NCBI GenBank assembly: GCA_047947115.1
Contig: CP170459.1
Span: 219,218 to 283,217 of the forward strand
Reading direction: 5' to 3'
DNA: 64,000 bases
DNA from: Verrucomicrobiota bacterium
GTDB taxonomy: Bacteria > Verrucomicrobiota > Verrucomicrobiia > Limisphaerales > AAA164-E04
The position numbers were made by a program, and so were the translations under genes. Positions 56,193 to 64,000 of the stretch are shown here, piece after piece. Position 1 is the stretch's first letter. The number at the start of each line of letters is the position of its first letter. Under the pieces are notes generated by a model, which did no database searches, was not told the DNA's origin, and worked only from the letters and a program-made list of their open reading frames with translations.

Positions 56193-57281
56193 GGAACTGC
56201 TTCGCTCGGCGAGCCATTCGCATACGGCTGGCCAGGTTTCACGCTGAGCTTTACCTCCGACAGCAAGGCCGATGTGACCCGCCGGGACCAGCATGGTTTT
56301 GCGGTCATTGGATCCTACGAGATCGTTCAGAGCCAGTGATTGGGAACACGGCACCAGATCATCCCCTTTTGCGACAATGTTCAGCAAAGGACAGGTCACG
56401 TCCTTCAATCGGACCCGCTGATTGCGGACGTGAAGTTCGTCTTTAACCAATTGATTTTTCTGGTAGAGCGATTTGACGAATTCGCGAAAAATTTCGCCTG
56501 GCACAGATATGTTATCGTTCAACCAGGTTTCCATCGTCAGGAAATCTTCTACGAATTTGTCATTGTGGACGTTCTCCATGAAGTTGAGTGGTTTCTCGAC
56601 CAGGTTTCCCACCGGCTTCAACATGAGAAAGCTGGACTGCAAAAATTCAGCAGGACAATTTCCGAAGGTATCCACGAACTCATCCACATCAAAATAGTTC
56701 GGATCCGCCCACAGGTTGAGCAGGCCTTCCCTTGTTGAAAAATCGATACCTGCCGCCATCAGCATGAGGTTTGCCACCCGTTCGCGATGCAGTGCTGTAT
56801 AGATCGTGCTCATGGTGCCCCCCATGCAGTAACCTAAAATGCTGGCCTTTGAACTCCCGGCGCGTTCGCAAACAAAATCCACCAAACCGTCCATGTAACG
56901 ATTGATGTAGTCATCCAAACCCAGGTATCGATCTGCCAATGTCGGACTGCCCCAATCAATGAGATAGGTATCAAACCCGGCATCCACAAAATGTCGAATC
57001 ACGCTCCGTCCTTCCTTCAGGTCCAGAATATAAGGACGGTTCACCAAAGCAAATACCACCAGCAAAGGTGTCTTGTGTTTGACGGGTTTGTTGGACGGAT
57101 AATGGAGCAGCTTGATGTGATCCACACGGTGAACCACTTCAGAAGGTGTGGCGCCTTTGGTTACTTTGCGGGCCTTTTCAGCAATCAGGGGCAAGCGCGA
57201 CCATCGTTTCATCTGGGTCATTCCTTCTTCAGCAAAAGCAGCCTGCCACTTGAGCCAGGGATTTTCGATCGTTGTCTCCAT
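56187..57281 (-). CDS. phaC: Class III poly(R)-hydroxyalkanoate synthase, PhaC subunit
   Basis: The size (about 364 aa) fits. The lipase box is ILGYCMGG, and the class III pattern is present (PLLVVFALVNRPYILDL, DWGSP, VPAGHIG). Confidence 0.88.
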   Translation of the reverse strand: METTIENPWLKWQAAFAEEGMTQMKRWSRLPLIAEKARKVTKGATPSEVVHRVDHIKLLHYPSNKPVKHKTPLLVVFALVNRPYILDLKEGRSVIRHFVDAGFDTYLIDWGSPTLADRYLGLDDYINRYMDGLVDFVCERAGSSKASILGYCMGGTMSTIYTALHRERVANLMLMAAGIDFSTREGLLNLWADPNYFDVDEFVDTFGNCPAEFLQSSFLMLKPVGNLVEKPLNFMENVHNDKFVEDFLTMETWLNDNISVPGEIFREFVKSLYQKNQLVKDELHVRNQRVRLKDVTCPLLNIVAKGDDLVPCSQSLALNDLVGSNDRKTMLVPAGHIGLAVGGKAQRETWPAVCEWLAERSSSK

Positions 57282-57322
57282 GATTCAAAACTTTCGGATA
57301 GTGGTTTTAGCGCTGACGTAAA

Positions 57323-57844
57323 CTACCGGGACCTTTTACTGCTCGCCGTCTTCTTTTTGGTTACCACCTTTTTCTTGGCCACGGCTTTTGCACTACGAGC
57401 TGCCGCTTTCTTGGCGGACTTCGGTTTAGGGGGCGAAGTTTTGGGATTCAGCTCATCCAGCCGTTCCTCCAAACGGTCCAGACGCGCATGCACATTGGCT
57501 TCCATGCGCCCGACAGCAGCCATCAATGCGCGCAGATCTTCTTTGGAAGTTCCCTGCATTTCATCGTGGGCTTTGACGAGAAACTCGTTGGTCATTTTCT
57601 TGAAAGCAATGGCGCTGTCCATGGTTTGTTTCATGGAACTCAGAAATTCCGGCGAACGCATGAATTCCTCCCAAGTTTTCCCCAGAGCCTGAAACATGCT
57701 GCTGCGCATTTGGCGCATGAACTCAGGTGGGGCCGAATCCGGGGAAAATTGAAAAGCACCCTGTGTCATTTTGGAAAAAGTATCCGACCAAATCTTTTGA
57801 AAAGCTGCGGCCTGTTCCCAAGGTGTATCTTTACCATCACTCAT
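57323..57844 (-). CDS. PhaE/PhaR(class IV)-like PHA synthase partner subunit with a Lys/Ala-rich C-terminal tail
   Basis: It lies directly upstream of phaC. A coiled-coil core (PEFLSSMKQTMDSAIAFKKMTNEFL...RLDRLEERLDEL) is followed by PPKPKSAKKAAARSAKAVAKKKVVTKKKTASSKRSR. Confidence 0.6.
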   Translation of the reverse strand: MSDGKDTPWEQAAAFQKIWSDTFSKMTQGAFQFSPDSAPPEFMRQMRSSMFQALGKTWEEFMRSPEFLSSMKQTMDSAIAFKKMTNEFLVKAHDEMQGTSKEDLRALMAAVGRMEANVHARLDRLEERLDELNPKTSPPKPKSAKKAAARSAKAVAKKKVVTKKKTASSKRSR

Positions 57845-57884
57845 ATTCTTCTCCAGGTTCCAGTATTGTTTAGAAAGCGCCTCC

Positions 57885-59066
57885 TCAGGACACCACCCGC
57901 TCCACCATCATGGCAACAGCTTCGCCTCCACCGATGCAGAGCGTATCCACCCCGATGGCCCCATTGGTTTGATTTAAAGCATTCAGCAAGGTAACCAAAG
58001 TGCGAGCTCCACTTGCGCCGATGGGATGCCCCAAGGACACAGCACCCCCAAGGATGTTGACTTTATCTTCGGGAAGTTCCAGGTCCTTGATGGCTGCCAT
58101 GGCCACTACGGCGAAGGCCTCGTTCACTTCAAAAACATCCACCTCCGAAACTGACTTGCCTGTCATGTCCAGCAACTTCCGAACTGCGTGAATCGGAGCC
58201 AATGTAAACCATTCGGGTTCAATTGATGCGGTAGCATAACCCAATATACGCGCCTGAATCTTCAATCCAACCGCGTGAGCGACTTCCTCTGAACAAACCA
58301 CCACCGCCGCTGCGCCATCATTGATGCTCGAAGCGTTCCCGGCCGTCACCGTGCCGTCCTTACCAAAAGCGGCGCGCAAGCTTCGCAGTTTCTCTTCATT
58401 GAAGACGGCAGGTCCTTCATCGACCTCAACCATGACCGATCCCTTTCGGGATTTCACCTCAACCGGCACGATTTCATTTTTGAAGACACCTTCCTCTGCA
58501 GCCTTCCGAGCCCTCTGGAAACTGCGCACCGCATAGTTGTCCTGATCCTCACGTGTAAACGCATACTTCTCGGCACATTGATCTCCACACATCCCCATGT
58601 GCTTGTCATGATAAACATCCCATAAACCGTCACGAATCACCGAATCAACCAATTGACCATGCCCCAACCGGTAACCCGAACGCGCTTTATCCAACAAATA
58701 GGGAGCCATTGACATATTCTCAGCCCCTCCGGCGACGATGAGGTCGGCGTCCCCGCACCGGATAGCCTGCGCCGCCAGCATCACCGATTTCAAACCGGAT
58801 CCACACACCTTGTTGATCGTGGTTCCTCCCACGTTCACGCCAAACCCGGCTTTCATCGCCACTTGACGTGCCATGTTCTGCCCCTGGCCTGCGCTCAGGA
58901 CATTGCCAAATATCACTTCATCAACATCTGATGGCGATGCACCTGCTCTTTCCAGAGCATTCCGGGCAACCAACGCCCCTAGTTCACTCGCTGCCACAGT
59001 GGATAAGGAACCGGAAAAAGAACCGATGGGGGTGCGACAAGCTCCGCACAAAACGATGGATTTCAT
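57885..59066 (-). CDS. phaA: Acetyl-CoA acetyltransferase (biosynthetic thiolase)
   Basis: Thiolase signatures are NKVCGSGLKSVMLAAQ, NEAFAVV, GGAVSLGHPIGASGAR and CIGGGEAVAMMVE. Confidence 0.9.
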   Translation of the reverse strand: MKSIVLCGACRTPIGSFSGSLSTVAASELGALVARNALERAGASPSDVDEVIFGNVLSAGQGQNMARQVAMKAGFGVNVGGTTINKVCGSGLKSVMLAAQAIRCGDADLIVAGGAENMSMAPYLLDKARSGYRLGHGQLVDSVIRDGLWDVYHDKHMGMCGDQCAEKYAFTREDQDNYAVRSFQRARKAAEEGVFKNEIVPVEVKSRKGSVMVEVDEGPAVFNEEKLRSLRAAFGKDGTVTAGNASSINDGAAAVVVCSEEVAHAVGLKIQARILGYATASIEPEWFTLAPIHAVRKLLDMTGKSVSEVDVFEVNEAFAVVAMAAIKDLELPEDKVNILGGAVSLGHPIGASGARTLVTLLNALNQTNGAIGVDTLCIGGGEAVAMMVERVVS

Positions 59067-59138
59067 CATGGACCTGACTGGATAGAGGTTCAACTGGTAT
59101 TAAAAACACGCAACAATTATTACGAACTCGCGCATACG

Positions 59139-59591
59139 TTATTTGACACCAACCGCACTTGGCATGTTTTCAGTCCATTTCATCCAGGATTCGATCATCT
59201 GGTTATTTGCTTTGGTAAGCGATTTGATTTGTTCCTGCACAAAATCGACAGAATCCTTCATGAGAGTGTTGATTTTCTTTTGTGCTTCGGTGGGATCTTT
59301 TGCAGATGCAACATCCAAGGATTGTCGCATCATTTCCAAACCTTTTTGGGCGTTTGCATCCAGCGTTTTCAAGGTGTCATCAAACTGTTTCTGAGCGGTT
59401 GGAACCGTATCTTTAAGTACTTTTTCCATCCCCTCAGTGACACCGGCGGCGTCCAGTTTTTGATGAACGAAATCAGTGACCATTCGAGTGGCATCTTCTT
59501 GCCATTTAAGGCTCATTTTGAAAGCTTGATCGTAATTTTTGAGGGCTTGATCGAAGTATTCCGTTCCGGATTGTTTGGCTTTTGCAGTCAT
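59139..59591 (-). CDS. Phasin-like coiled-coil protein
   Basis: The 150 aa product is helical and Lys/Gln/Asp-rich, and sits between phaR and the thiolase. I use the ATG at 59591. Confidence 0.5.
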   Translation of the reverse strand: MTAKAKQSGTEYFDQALKNYDQAFKMSLKWQEDATRMVTDFVHQKLDAAGVTEGMEKVLKDTVPTAQKQFDDTLKTLDANAQKGLEMMRQSLDVASAKDPTEAQKKINTLMKDSVDFVQEQIKSLTKANNQMIESWMKWTENMPSAVGVK

Positions 59592-59734
59592 AGGATTGTT
59601 TCTCTCTGAGTTGATGTTATCGAACCACCCAGGCCCTCTCCCTTCCCGGGACTTTCTACCGTCAAACGTCCACCAAAACCACATCAATGTCAAGTATGTG
59701 TTTTTGCGTTTGCACAATTATTCTGTCCATTGCT

Positions 59735-60286
59735 TTACTTCCTGGACTTCCGTTCCTTGCTGTCCACTTTACCCTGAAGAGCTTCCACCTGCTTCTGTAG
59801 TGCCTCGAGCTGACTTTTCCACATATCGTTCATACCGCCACCGAAGCCCACTCCCATATTCATACCAGGCATGCCGCTTGCGCCCCATGGAAAACCTTGC
59901 TGAAAAAAAGGTGTGCCCGCCATGCCGGAGGCCGTTTTCATCCATTGATCGTAGTATTGTGAAAAAGCCGCCATCGGAGTTTGTATCTGACTCTTAATAA
60001 ACTCACTGACCATCTTATCATTAAATCGAATCATCTGAACCAGCAGCTCCACCGGAAACACACCTAGTTTTTCCGCCTCATGTTCCAGGATAATTTGAGT
60101 GAGGACGCGGGCAGTGATATCTGTCGATGTTTTTGAGTCAACGACTCTCACAGATTGGCCACCACGGACCATGTCCCGAATGGCTTCCAAGGTCACATGG
60201 CAACTGTGTGTGGAATCGTAATAGCGGCGGTTGGGATACTTGCGGATTTCGACAGTCTCTTCTTGTTTTGAGTTTGCTGCACTCAT
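59735..60286 (-). CDS. phaR: PHA synthesis repressor PhaR
   Basis: IRKYPNRRYYDSTHSCHVTLEAIRDMVRGGQSVRVVDSKTSTDITARVLTQIILEHE is the PhaR N-terminal DNA-binding motif. Confidence 0.88.
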   Translation of the reverse strand: MSAANSKQEETVEIRKYPNRRYYDSTHSCHVTLEAIRDMVRGGQSVRVVDSKTSTDITARVLTQIILEHEAEKLGVFPVELLVQMIRFNDKMVSEFIKSQIQTPMAAFSQYYDQWMKTASGMAGTPFFQQGFPWGASGMPGMNMGVGFGGGMNDMWKSQLEALQKQVEALQGKVDSKERKSRK

Positions 60287-60556
60287 GCAAAAATAATGCA
60301 CTCACGCAAAAAGAAATGCAAAAAGAAACATTTCACACGTGCCAACGCCGTATTTACCCCCATTTAGCACCAATCCAACGCATCTTCGTTTTGCATACGC
60401 ACAAATTTATTTGACACCGATCAGGCTCTCTCTTAGGTTGGAAACACGGAACCAGCATGAACACTTCACTCACAAGGACCGGGCCTTTTACCACCCTAGC
60501 AGCTGACCCGGTGATGCATTCTTTCTGTCCAACTCAAATTCAACTTCAATGAAAAG

Positions 60557-61372
60557 ATGAATATACAAGATAAAGTCGGTGTAATCACGGGCGCGGCCAG
60601 CGGTATTGGCCGGGCGTTAGCGGAAGAATTGGCGAACCGCGGTGCAAAAGCGGTCGGCATGGTCGACCAGAGCGATCAGGTTGAATCCGTCGCCAGGGAG
60701 CTGAATGATAAGGCTGGCAGGGAGATGGCCATTCCCTTTCAGGGCGATGTTTCCGATGAACATTTTCGACAGGAAGTGTTTCGCGAATTAAGAGCCAACC
60801 ACGGGGTTGTTTCCATGTGTGTGCCGGCGGCAGGTATCACCCGGGATCGACTGGCAGTCAAATCAAACAAAGAAACAAAGGAGATCGAGATCTATCCTTC
60901 CTACTTGTTTCGACAAGTGACCGAAATCAACCTGATCGCCCCCATTTACTGGGCGCTTGAGATGGTCGCGCAAATTGCTACCGATCGAAAGGAACGTGGA
61001 TTGAAGCGATGGGATCCCAGTGAAGGCATGCAGGGGGTTGTTGTCTTTATCGGTTCGGTTTCCTCATTGGGGAATAAAGGTCAGATCGCTTACGCGGCCA
61101 CCAAGGCTGGTCTGGAAGGCGCCGCATCGACCATCATGAAGGAATCCATCTTCCATGGGGTGAGATCCGGGGTCATTCACCCCGGCTACACCAACACACC
61201 CATGGTACGCGCTTTGGGTGAGGATTTCATCAATGAGCATATCATCCCGCAGACTCAACTGCGTCGATTGATTGAACCCGCCGAAATCGCGGATGCCATC
61301 TGTTTCATGATCAACAACGTTGCCGTGAGCGGCTCCCTGTGGGCTGACGCCGGCTGGCATCCGATGGCCTGA
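60557..61372 (+). CDS. SDR-family oxidoreductase (candidate acetoacetyl-CoA reductase by context)
   Basis: The cofactor motif is GVITGAASGIGRA and the catalytic region is SSLGNKGQIAYAATKAG (YxxxK). It is divergent from phaR. The SDR call is firm. The PhaB role rests on context only. Confidence 0.7.
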   Translation: MNIQDKVGVITGAASGIGRALAEELANRGAKAVGMVDQSDQVESVARELNDKAGREMAIPFQGDVSDEHFRQEVFRELRANHGVVSMCVPAAGITRDRLAVKSNKETKEIEIYPSYLFRQVTEINLIAPIYWALEMVAQIATDRKERGLKRWDPSEGMQGVVVFIGSVSSLGNKGQIAYAATKAGLEGAASTIMKESIFHGVRSGVIHPGYTNTPMVRALGEDFINEHIIPQTQLRRLIEPAEIADAICFMINNVAVSGSLWADAGWHPMA

Positions 61373-61375
61373 GGG

Positions 61376-62299
61376 TTATCGAAATTGCCCGAGGAGGATC
61401 ACTCCGAGCACGGCAATCAATCCGCCTGCGATGGATCGCCTGGTGGGGCGGTCCCCTTCCATCCAGGCGGATAATGGAATCACCATCAAAGGTGTGGTCG
61501 CCACTACAGGCAGCACCAGTCCGCTTGGAGTGCTTTCCAAGGCCCATTGATAACACCCAACACCCAGACTGGGCCCGGCCAGAGCGGTCCCAACAATCCA
61601 CGGGGCTGCTTTCCGGAGCGAGGGTCGGTCGTTTTCTGCTTTAGTGCTTGCAGCCAGGACAGATTTGCCGGCAGGCTTGCGTAGCCATCGCACCACACAT
61701 ACAGCGATCCAAGCAAGCAGAAGCCCTCCCAGAATGCGTTGATAGGCGGCTGTTAGACCATCAATTGCCAACCCTTCTTTGGCGTTGATATCGTAGGCCA
61801 ACCGGCTCATGGCGGCCCCAATCCCCTGCCCTAGAGCCGCAATGATTCCGTAGATCACACCCGTTAAATTGAAGGAAGTCGCCGATGCTTCCTTGCGTTC
61901 GGGAAGCAGGGCCACCACCACCCCGAGCAAGATACAGGCAATGCAAGCCATCTGGGGCAGCGTTAAAACCGTCTGGATCCACAGCCATTCCGCAAAAGCG
62001 GCTGAAGGAGCGGCCACACAATGAACCAGCAGCAAGGTCAATCTTGATCCCAAACGGGGGAGTGCCTGATACAAGGCGAGGTCTCCGACACCGAAGCCAA
62101 CCACGCCGCTCCAGAAAAACATGGCAAACCCCTGCCCCTGCAAACCTTGGGCAAAAAGGTGCGACCAGATGGCCAGCAACGCAGTTGCCAACAACAACCT
62201 CCAGAAATTAGCAGAAATCCCCCCGACAATGCGCGTCGCTTGGGTGGCAGACACAGCGGAGAGGCAGAAGAGAAAAGTCGCCAAGAGGGCCGGAATCAT
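61376..62299 (-). CDS. EamA/DMT-family transporter
   Basis: It is a 10-TM-like hydrophobic protein with two EamA-like halves. The start is set at 62299 so that it does not overlap tRNA-Gln. Confidence 0.7.
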   Translation of the reverse strand: MIPALLATFLFCLSAVSATQATRIVGGISANFWRLLLATALLAIWSHLFAQGLQGQGFAMFFWSGVVGFGVGDLALYQALPRLGSRLTLLLVHCVAAPSAAFAEWLWIQTVLTLPQMACIACILLGVVVALLPERKEASATSFNLTGVIYGIIAALGQGIGAAMSRLAYDINAKEGLAIDGLTAAYQRILGGLLLAWIAVCVVRWLRKPAGKSVLAASTKAENDRPSLRKAAPWIVGTALAGPSLGVGCYQWALESTPSGLVLPVVATTPLMVIPLSAWMEGDRPTRRSIAGGLIAVLGVILLGQFR

Positions 62300-62354
62300 A
62301 CTGAAAAGTGGATAAACAAAAAGAGGCCGGTTGAACCCGGCCGCAATTGATACG

Positions 62355-62428
62355 TGGCTGTCCGGCAAGGATTCGAACCTTGACCAAAGCCTCCAAAGGG
62401 CCTTGTGCTACCATTACACCACCAGACA
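62355..62428 (-). tRNA. tRNA-Gln (anticodon UUG)
   Basis: In the hand fold the acceptor is TGTCTGG/CCGGACA (U1-A72) with discriminator G73. The D arm is GTGT-AATGGTA-GCAC. The anticodon arm is AGGCC-CTTTGGA-GGCTT and the T arm is CAAGG-TTCGAAT-CCTTG. CCA is encoded. Confidence 0.88.
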
Positions 62429-62502
62429 AGCCGGTGGGTACATTAACCATGAAACAGAAAGGCGCAACAAAATTTGTGCCTGAAACTCATAAAAATCTCC
62501 AT

Positions 62503-63060
62503 TCAAACGATTCCACGAGCCTCCTTCCGTAACATTTTACCCGCAGCACGACTGTATGGATGTACTTTTTTGCAGGGTGCTCCACCTTTCGAGAGCGGAT
62601 ACCCGGCATTGGCCCATGCAAAGATGGACCCTTCCAAATTAAACACTTCAGCGCCTACTGATCCCGAAAGACGGGCGGCAAGTTGCGAAGATCGATACCC
62701 GACAGAACAGTAAACAACCACCGTTGATGCGTTGCCGATGATGTTTCCAAACTCCCCGGCGCCCATGTTCGGATCGACCTGAACGGCTCCTGGCAAGTGA
62801 CTGAACAAATATTCGTCCTTCGACCGGACATCGAGAAGCAAGGGATTGTTACGGTTCGCATCGCTGAACCAGTCAATCAAATCATCCGGATGGATTTGTG
62901 GAACATCCGGAAACCGGAATCTCACCGTTTTCTGTATCGCCTTCAGTGCAACGTTTCCGCCCCGATCAAACAAAAGTGAAAACATCGCAAACATCCCATA
63001 GGACCATGCAATAGCAAGGAAGGCTGATTTCCGAAAAGCTTTACTGACTCCCATATACAA
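62503..63060 (-). CDS. Membrane-anchored rhodanese-like sulfurtransferase
   Basis: It has an N-terminal TM helix, LLLDVRSKDEYLFSHLPGAVQVD, the active-site loop VVVYCSVGYRSS and GSIFAWANAGYPL. Confidence 0.8.
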   Translation of the reverse strand: MYMGVSKAFRKSAFLAIAWSYGMFAMFSLLFDRGGNVALKAIQKTVRFRFPDVPQIHPDDLIDWFSDANRNNPLLLDVRSKDEYLFSHLPGAVQVDPNMGAGEFGNIIGNASTVVVYCSVGYRSSQLAARLSGSVGAEVFNLEGSIFAWANAGYPLSKGGAPCKKVHPYSRAAGKMLRKEARGIV

Positions 63061-63339
63061 AATGAGCTGAATTCTGTATCACCGACCACCAAAAATCAAC
63101 CGAACATCTCCCGGCTTGGCAACCTGCCCCGCGCCTTCCATAGGGTTAGATTCTTGTTGCTTAAATCACAAAACCTGATCTAATACCATCATTCCAATTG
63201 ACGAAATGGCTGTGCAGGGCTGAGTGTGGATAACTGTATCCTTACAACAATTCACATACAAACCACGTTCTGCGGCCCCTGCCGGAGAGCCGGTCCAACC
63301 CATTGGGATAAATGAAAAGCAACAACATAAAAGGGACAT

Positions 63340-64000
63340 ATGAAAAGCACCGTTTTTTCTTCCTCAAACCGTTCATTATCTCATTGGAGATTCAATGCTT
63401 CGCTGCTCATCGGCTTACTGGCCTTGAGTCAAGTGCAGGGACAGGAAATCCTTTTTCAGGAAACATTCGAAACAGATGGAGATGGCTCCCGGTATACCAT
63501 CGAAGGCGGTGATGTATTCGAGGTGGATCGCATCCAATCTGAACTTGGAATCTTGGACCAACAAGGTCCCATCTATTGGTCGCGAAACACCGACGTTTCT
63601 TTTGTCGGAGTCCCCGCCCCCACCCCCGAAAAACGAGGCATTCTGGCTTACCACCACACCATCGCCGCAGATGATGTCACGGAGGATTTTCTTTCCTTTT
63701 TTGATGGCATTGTTGATTGGATGACTGGAGGCAAAAGCAACGCCACCATACTTTTCTCCCCCCTCCTGCTGGCGATGGGGATTTCGTTCTGGTAGAGCGA
63801 TTGGAATCCAAAGGGCACACCGTTCTGGAAGATGACGAAGGAGGGGATTTGCCCAGTCCATCCGAGATTGACGCTGTGATAAAAAGCAGCAGTGGTGGAA
63901 CGAACCCGAGCCGATTTGCGATCTACGAAGTGCCCTTATTGACCTTCGGGGCACCAGACCACGATGACATGCTGGTATCCAGTATCGGCCAAACCATCAC
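63340..64000 (+). CDS. Secreted protein, apparently frame-broken at a C6 tract and continuing past the window end
   Basis: The frame at 63340..63795 has a signal peptide (LLIGLLALSQVQGQE). A second frame is open from 63726 to 64000 and reads ...PPPAGDGDFVLVERLESKGHTVLEDDEGGDL.... The two frames overlap around the CCCCCC run at 63758-63763. Confidence 0.5.

Overview
This is a 64 kb chromosomal window, roughly 50-53% GC by eye. It most likely comes from a PVC-superphylum bacterium with a Verrucomicrobiota-like gene content: DUF1549/DUF1553/PSCyt + DUF1501 and DUF1592 + DUF1552 gene pairs, an H-X9-DG-type prepilin-like protein, PQQ-like beta-propellers, a sulfatase remnant and DUF1080.

All family calls were made by eye from motifs in the supplied translations. 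No database search was run.

Most of the window is ordinary core metabolism:
- IscU-like scaffold, dxs, xseB, pyrC, a BioB-like radical SAM enzyme, dtd, pgpA, pgsA, a UbiD-family decarboxylase and cspA-like.
- A complete PHA locus: phaR, phasin, thiolase, PhaE-like, class III phaC and an SDR.
- A tightly coupled 7-gene MoxR/DUF58/RDD/SpoIIM-type operon.
- Two tRNAs: Gly-UCC and Gln-UUG.

The accessory signal sits in a few places:
1. A decayed mobile-element region (about 19.4-26.2 kb) abuts tRNA-Gly. It holds an rve fragment and an intact ISL3 element with 8-bp target duplications that cleanly splits a beta-helix gene. It also holds a 5'-truncated IS21, toxin-antitoxin (TA) remnants and two decayed copies of the tRNA 3' end.
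2. A family of MITE-like elements with terminal inverted repeats (TIR) is present. It forms a 2.2-copy tandem array at 6.5-7.0 kb next to a sulfatase gene remnant, with single copies at 7.94 kb and 46.4 kb.
3. A dispersed AT-rich repeat lies at two convergent gene junctions.
4. A relB/yafQ pair has its toxin killed by a single in-frame amber codon.

I found no CRISPR array and no convincing complete new defence or secretion system. The most interesting leads are atypical protein architectures and repeat families rather than a clear-cut new system. Gene starts are often uncertain, and I give the start I consider most plausible.
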